This document shows, piece after piece, positions 13,621 through 16,693 of a stretch of 16,693 nt of DNA; the first letter of the stretch is position 1; each line of letters begins with the position of its first letter. Below the pieces are notes generated by a model. That model was not told the DNA's origin and made no database searches. It was given only the letters and a program-made list of their open reading frames with translations. The DNA lies in assembly GCA_011049295.1 (NCBI GenBank), contig DSCA01000203.1, positions 1 to 16,693 on the forward strand, read 5' to 3'. The position numbers and the translations under genes are program-made. This DNA comes from Thermoplasmatales archaeon (lineage in GTDB: Archaea; Thermoplasmatota; E2; UBA202; DSCA01).

Positions 13621-15014
13621 CCCCCGATGTGCAGGCTGGGGTCGCCCAGCAGCACCCATTCCTGCACGGTTTTGGCGTCCAGGGCGGTGTCGTGGAAGGC
13701 CTGCTGGCTCCAGTCTACGGGAAACTCGTCCAGGTAGGAGGAGATGGCCTGCCGCCAGGCGTCGCCCAGCACCTGCTGCCCCTGCTGCCCGTAGGCGTGG
13801 AAAAACAGCACGTTGAGGTGGTCGCCGCCTCCCTCCGTGGCCTCCTGCTTGTCCTCCCTGCCGTAGCCCAGGCCAGTGCAGCCCAGGGTGGCTATGGCTC
13901 CGCCGTTGGTGCAGCGGGTGAGACGCCACCCCCAGCATTCGTAGACGGGGAGGCCGAAGGTCCAGGTGGTATGGGTGAGACTGATGTTGAACATGCAGTT
14001 GTGGCATCCGCCCACCACGCACACCGGCAGCCAGTGGCCGTTGGTGAGCAGGGGCATGTGCAGGTTCTGCAGCCCGTAGATCCACACCGAGTCGTCGTAG
14101 GGGGGATGGGTGGCCCAGGTGGTGGGGCTGCCGTGGCCGGCGAAGAATAAAAAGCCGCAGCCCTGGTTGATGGTGCCCACCACGTCCCGCCAGCCCTGCA
14201 GGGAGCCGTCCGAGGTGTACAGGGTAACCGGGGTGAAGTCGGTCATGTGCTCCAGGGCCTGCCGGGTGACCTCCTCTCCCTCGAAGTAGTCGTTGAAGGT
14301 GTAGGTGTCCCCGGCCACCGCCACCATGCGCTGGAACCAGCCGGGGTCGGCGGGGGTGCTCTCGTAGGAGATGATTTTGTTCACCATGATGTCCACCTCC
14401 CGGGCGTTGCGGCAGGGAAGCCGGCCCACGGCCACCTCCGGGTAGAGGTCGGCTACATCCTCGGCCGGCTGGCGGGCCCGCCACTCGCCGTAGATGCCGT
14501 CTCCATCGGTGTCCCAGGATGAAAAGGTGCCATTGCGGTCGTAGATGTCGGCAAAGTACAGGTCGCTGATATACCGTTTTTCCTGGGTGGCCACGTTGTC
14601 CTCGATGTGGCTGTACCGCACGGGCAGCCACCAGGGCTCGCCGCTCAGCGAGGGGCGCCGCCCCCCCACCAGCAACAGGTAGGATATGTTCCAGGTGTCC
14701 AGGGCATATCGGACAAAGTACTTTATCTGCTCCGCCTGGTCCCGGCCCTGCACCGGGGTGTAGGTTCCCCCGTAGATGTCCTCCAGGGTGACCGTCAGGG
14801 TGGCCAGGCCCCTGTTGTCCTTGTGCTCCGTCAGGGGGGCCAGGTGTGCCTCCCAGGCCGCCGGGGTGACCACCAGCAGGTCATACCGGTCGGTGACCGG
14901 CTGGGCCTCCCACCGCACCCGGTCCCCCTGAAGGGGAACGGTGGTCAGGGCGGTCAGGGAGCCGGACATGACCAGGACGCCCAGCGCCACCATCACGATT
15001 GTTTTTCCAGACAT
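13608..15014 (-). CDS. Secreted clan-CD cysteine peptidase, C25/gingipain-like, 468 aa
   Basis: Signal peptide MSGKTIVMVALGVLVMSGSLTA. The clan-CD pattern is a hydrophobic strand plus His-Gly (FLFFAGHGSPTTW) followed by a hydrophobic strand plus Cys (LPVCVVGGCHNCMF). A GGAGG SD lies 6 nt upstream on the minus strand (15021-15025). The gene converges on the Hef gene with a 13-nt overlap. Confidence 0.6.
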   Translation of the reverse strand: MSGKTIVMVALGVLVMSGSLTALTTVPLQGDRVRWEAQPVTDRYDLLVVTPAAWEAHLAPLTEHKDNRGLATLTVTLEDIYGGTYTPVQGRDQAEQIKYFVRYALDTWNISYLLLVGGRRPSLSGEPWWLPVRYSHIEDNVATQEKRYISDLYFADIYDRNGTFSSWDTDGDGIYGEWRARQPAEDVADLYPEVAVGRLPCRNAREVDIMVNKIISYESTPADPGWFQRMVAVAGDTYTFNDYFEGEEVTRQALEHMTDFTPVTLYTSDGSLQGWRDVVGTINQGCGFLFFAGHGSPTTWATHPPYDDSVWIYGLQNLHMPLLTNGHWLPVCVVGGCHNCMFNISLTHTTWTFGLPVYECWGWRLTRCTNGGAIATLGCTGLGYGREDKQEATEGGGDHLNVLFFHAYGQQGQQVLGDAWRQAISSYLDEFPVDWSQQAFHDTALDAKTVQEWVLLGDPSLHIGGYPG

Positions 15015-15117
15015 GCTGTGCCTCCACTACCATAAGCCGCAGGGCCTAAAAATGGTTTTCCCTCGCGCATCACCGGCCCGAGGTTAGCGTTAAGTAGCCC
15101 CCACCGTTTTTATCCCC

Positions 15118-16212
15118 ATGACCTCCTGCGCACTGGACATCCGGGAGCTCTCCCGGGTTTTTGACGGGGAAAGCAGGCCCACCTATGTCAGCCTCTACTC
15201 CGACGGCACCGACCCCCGGTTCATACACCGGCGCCGGCAGGCCATCCGATCCGCCCTGCCCTCCCACCTGCGGGAAAACTTCCAGCAGACCATGCAGGAA
15301 GTCACTCGCTACCTGAATGACCACGGCAGCCGCAACGTGGCCCTTTTTGCCTCCGCCGCCCATGATTTTTTCAAGGCGGTGAGCCTGACCGATGCACCCC
15401 CCAACCTCCTGGTGGTGGACTCCTCCCCCTACATTCGCCCCCTGGCCGCCCTGGACGACCAGTGGGAGGGATTCACCCTGGTGCTCATGAACACCCATCA
15501 CGCCAAAATATACAGCGTGGCCTGCAGCGACATCGCCCGGGAAAAAGAGCTCTCCCGGGAGGTGATGAACAAGCACAAAAAGGGAGGCATGTCCCAGGCC
15601 CGGTTCCAGAGGCTGCGCAGGGGCAGCATCCACCACTTTTACCAGGACCTCAGGGGGGCCCTGCCGGCCCCGGGCAGCCAGAAAATCATCCTGGCCGGCC
15701 CCGGAGAGGCCAAGCACCAGTTCCTCCACCATCTGTCCCCGCCTCTGCAGGAAAACGTGGTGGCCCTCATCGATGCCCCCATGGACGGCGAGCAGGAGCT
15801 GTGGGAGGACTCCATCCACGCCATGCGCGAGCACGGTCAGGAGGTGAAAGGACGCCTGCTGGACCAGCTGAAGAAGGAGATACTGACCGACGGACTGGCC
15901 GCCTACGGCGTCTCCGAGGTCACCCGGGCCACCCGCAACGGTCAGGTGGAAGTGCTGTTCGTGGAGCGGGGACACCGGCAGCGGGGCTGGCTGTGCGAGC
16001 GATGCCAGCGCCTGGGGACAGGCACCGCCCCCTCCTGCCCCACCTGCGGGAAGCCGGTAACCACCGTGGACGTGCTGGAGGAAATCATGGAGTTTGCTCA
16101 GCGTACCGGCGCCCCTGTCACCTTCGTGGATGACGACTTTGTGGGGCAGATGGGCCACGTGGCAGCTCTTCTCCGCTATCGAACCGAGAATACAGGAGAG
16201 GCGGTGGCCTGA
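15118..16212 (+). CDS. eRF1/Pelota-superfamily paralogue with degenerate GGQ (GGM-SQ), no NIKS motif and a C4 zinc-ribbon insertion in the C-terminal domain, 364 aa
   Basis: Central domain aligns with eRF1 domain 2: KHKKGGMSQARFQRLRR versus eRF1 KHGRGGQSALRFARLR, and KIILAGPGEAK versus LVLAGSADFK. The C-terminal domain ends FVDDDFVGQMGHVAALLRY versus eRF1 FVSDKS.EG.QF.KGFGGIGGILRY, and is interrupted by CERCQRLGTGTAPSCPTCGK. The N-domain has an eRF1-like YVSLYSDGTDP but none of the stop-codon-recognition motifs. Confidence 0.8.
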   Translation: MTSCALDIRELSRVFDGESRPTYVSLYSDGTDPRFIHRRRQAIRSALPSHLRENFQQTMQEVTRYLNDHGSRNVALFASAAHDFFKAVSLTDAPPNLLVVDSSPYIRPLAALDDQWEGFTLVLMNTHHAKIYSVACSDIAREKELSREVMNKHKKGGMSQARFQRLRRGSIHHFYQDLRGALPAPGSQKIILAGPGEAKHQFLHHLSPPLQENVVALIDAPMDGEQELWEDSIHAMREHGQEVKGRLLDQLKKEILTDGLAAYGVSEVTRATRNGQVEVLFVERGHRQRGWLCERCQRLGTGTAPSCPTCGKPVTTVDVLEEIMEFAQRTGAPVTFVDDDFVGQMGHVAALLRYRTENTGEAVA

Positions 16213-16238
16213 CCCCCCGGCGGCTGACTGTGCTGGCC

Positions 16239-16693
16239 ATGCCCTGGGCGCTGCTGGCCAGCACCTACCTGGCGTTTGTGGGACTGGAGGAACTGCTGGG
16301 ACCCACCCGGGGCTATTTGGCGGCCTTTGTGGTGTACTGGGTGGGCTGGTGCCTCCTGTTTCCCCTGTGGTTTCTGGGAAAAAAAGAGCTGAAACGTGTG
16401 CTCTCCCCGGTGAGGTTTTCCCGCAGCGGGGCGATGGCCGGGGGCCTGGTGCTGCTGGCAGTGCCGCCGGTGCTGGCCCTGGCCACGGTCTTTGTGACAA
16501 AGATTCCTCAGGCCACCGTGGCCGTGGTTCTGGGGTCCCTGGGCCTGGCGGCGGTAAACGGGACGGCCGAGGAGGTGCTGTGGCGCGGGGTCTACATCCG
16601 GGAGTTTCCCGGAGACATGCTCAGAGGATTCCTGTATCCCACTCTGGGTTTCGCCCTGTGGCATCTCGCCCCCCAGGCGGTGCATCCCCTGTC
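16239..16693 (+). CDS. CPBP-family (CAAX protease / Abi) intramembrane metalloprotease, 3'-truncated by the window edge
   Basis: The open frame from ATG 16239 encodes 3 TM helices, then CPBP motif 1 AEEVLWRGVYIRE and motif 2 GFALWHL. The track does not list it because there is no stop in the window. It lies 26 nt after the eRF1-like gene. Confidence 0.7.
   Translation, partial: MPWALLASTYLAFVGLEELLGPTRGYLAAFVVYWVGWCLLFPLWFLGKKELKRVLSPVRFSRSGAMAGGLVLLAVPPVLALATVFVTKIPQATVAVVLGSLGLAAVNGTAEEVLWRGVYIREFPGDMLRGFLYPTLGFALWHLAPQAVHPL

Noticed and set aside
12505-14631. 708-aa minus-strand ORF, the longest in the track
   Set aside because: It covers the 3' half of the Hef helicase as antisense and the peptidase gene as an alternate frame. 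It is an extreme Gly/Pro/Arg/His composition with no motifs. It is a classic long spurious ORF in high-GC DNA.
15070-16500. 476-aa minus-strand ORF
   Set aside because: Antisense to the eRF1-like gene, whose + frame aligns motif by motif with eRF1. Pro/Gly-rich.

Overview
This is a GC-rich (about 60-65%) archaeal-type chromosomal segment. Real genes show strong third-position GC bias. Most genes have a TATA-like element about 24-27 nt upstream of an ATG, which implies leaderless transcripts. A few genes instead carry a GGAGG Shine-Dalgarno sequence. Operons are tightly packed, with three ATGA stop/start overlaps and three overlaps of 8, 13 and 17 nt. I call 21 genes and see no IS elements, CRISPR arrays or integrated elements. 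The provided ORF track accepts GTG starts, and several of its long ORFs are GC-rich antisense or alternate-frame artefacts.

Gene order: 4-oxalocrotonate-tautomerase-family gene (-) diverging from an SPFH/stomatin gene (+); a two-gene minus-strand unit of a DUF4430/transcobalamin-beta-like surface protein plus a 6-TM membrane protein; a wHTH regulator; a coupled CoA-related operon (ANL ligase, coaBC, GHMP kinase that is probably archaeal pantoate kinase); an unannotated 57-aa membrane ORF; imidazolonepropionase (hutI) overlapped by a stand-alone ThiI-type PP-loop ATPase; tRNA-Val(GAC); a small secreted protein; a HAD-IB phosphatase plus membrane protein; and an MTH1187/YkoF gene, RFC small subunit and a Hef-type helicase that lacks the nuclease domain, all three coupled.

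The most unusual locus is at the 3' end. A secreted clan-CD (C25/gingipain-like) peptidase is transcribed divergently from an eRF1/Pelota-superfamily paralogue. That paralogue has the catalytic GGQ replaced by GGM-SQ, has no NIKS motif, and carries a C4 zinc ribbon inserted in its C-terminal domain. A CPBP/Abi intramembrane protease gene follows it after 26 nt and is cut off by the window edge. I propose this as a candidate non-canonical ribosome-rescue or conflict module.
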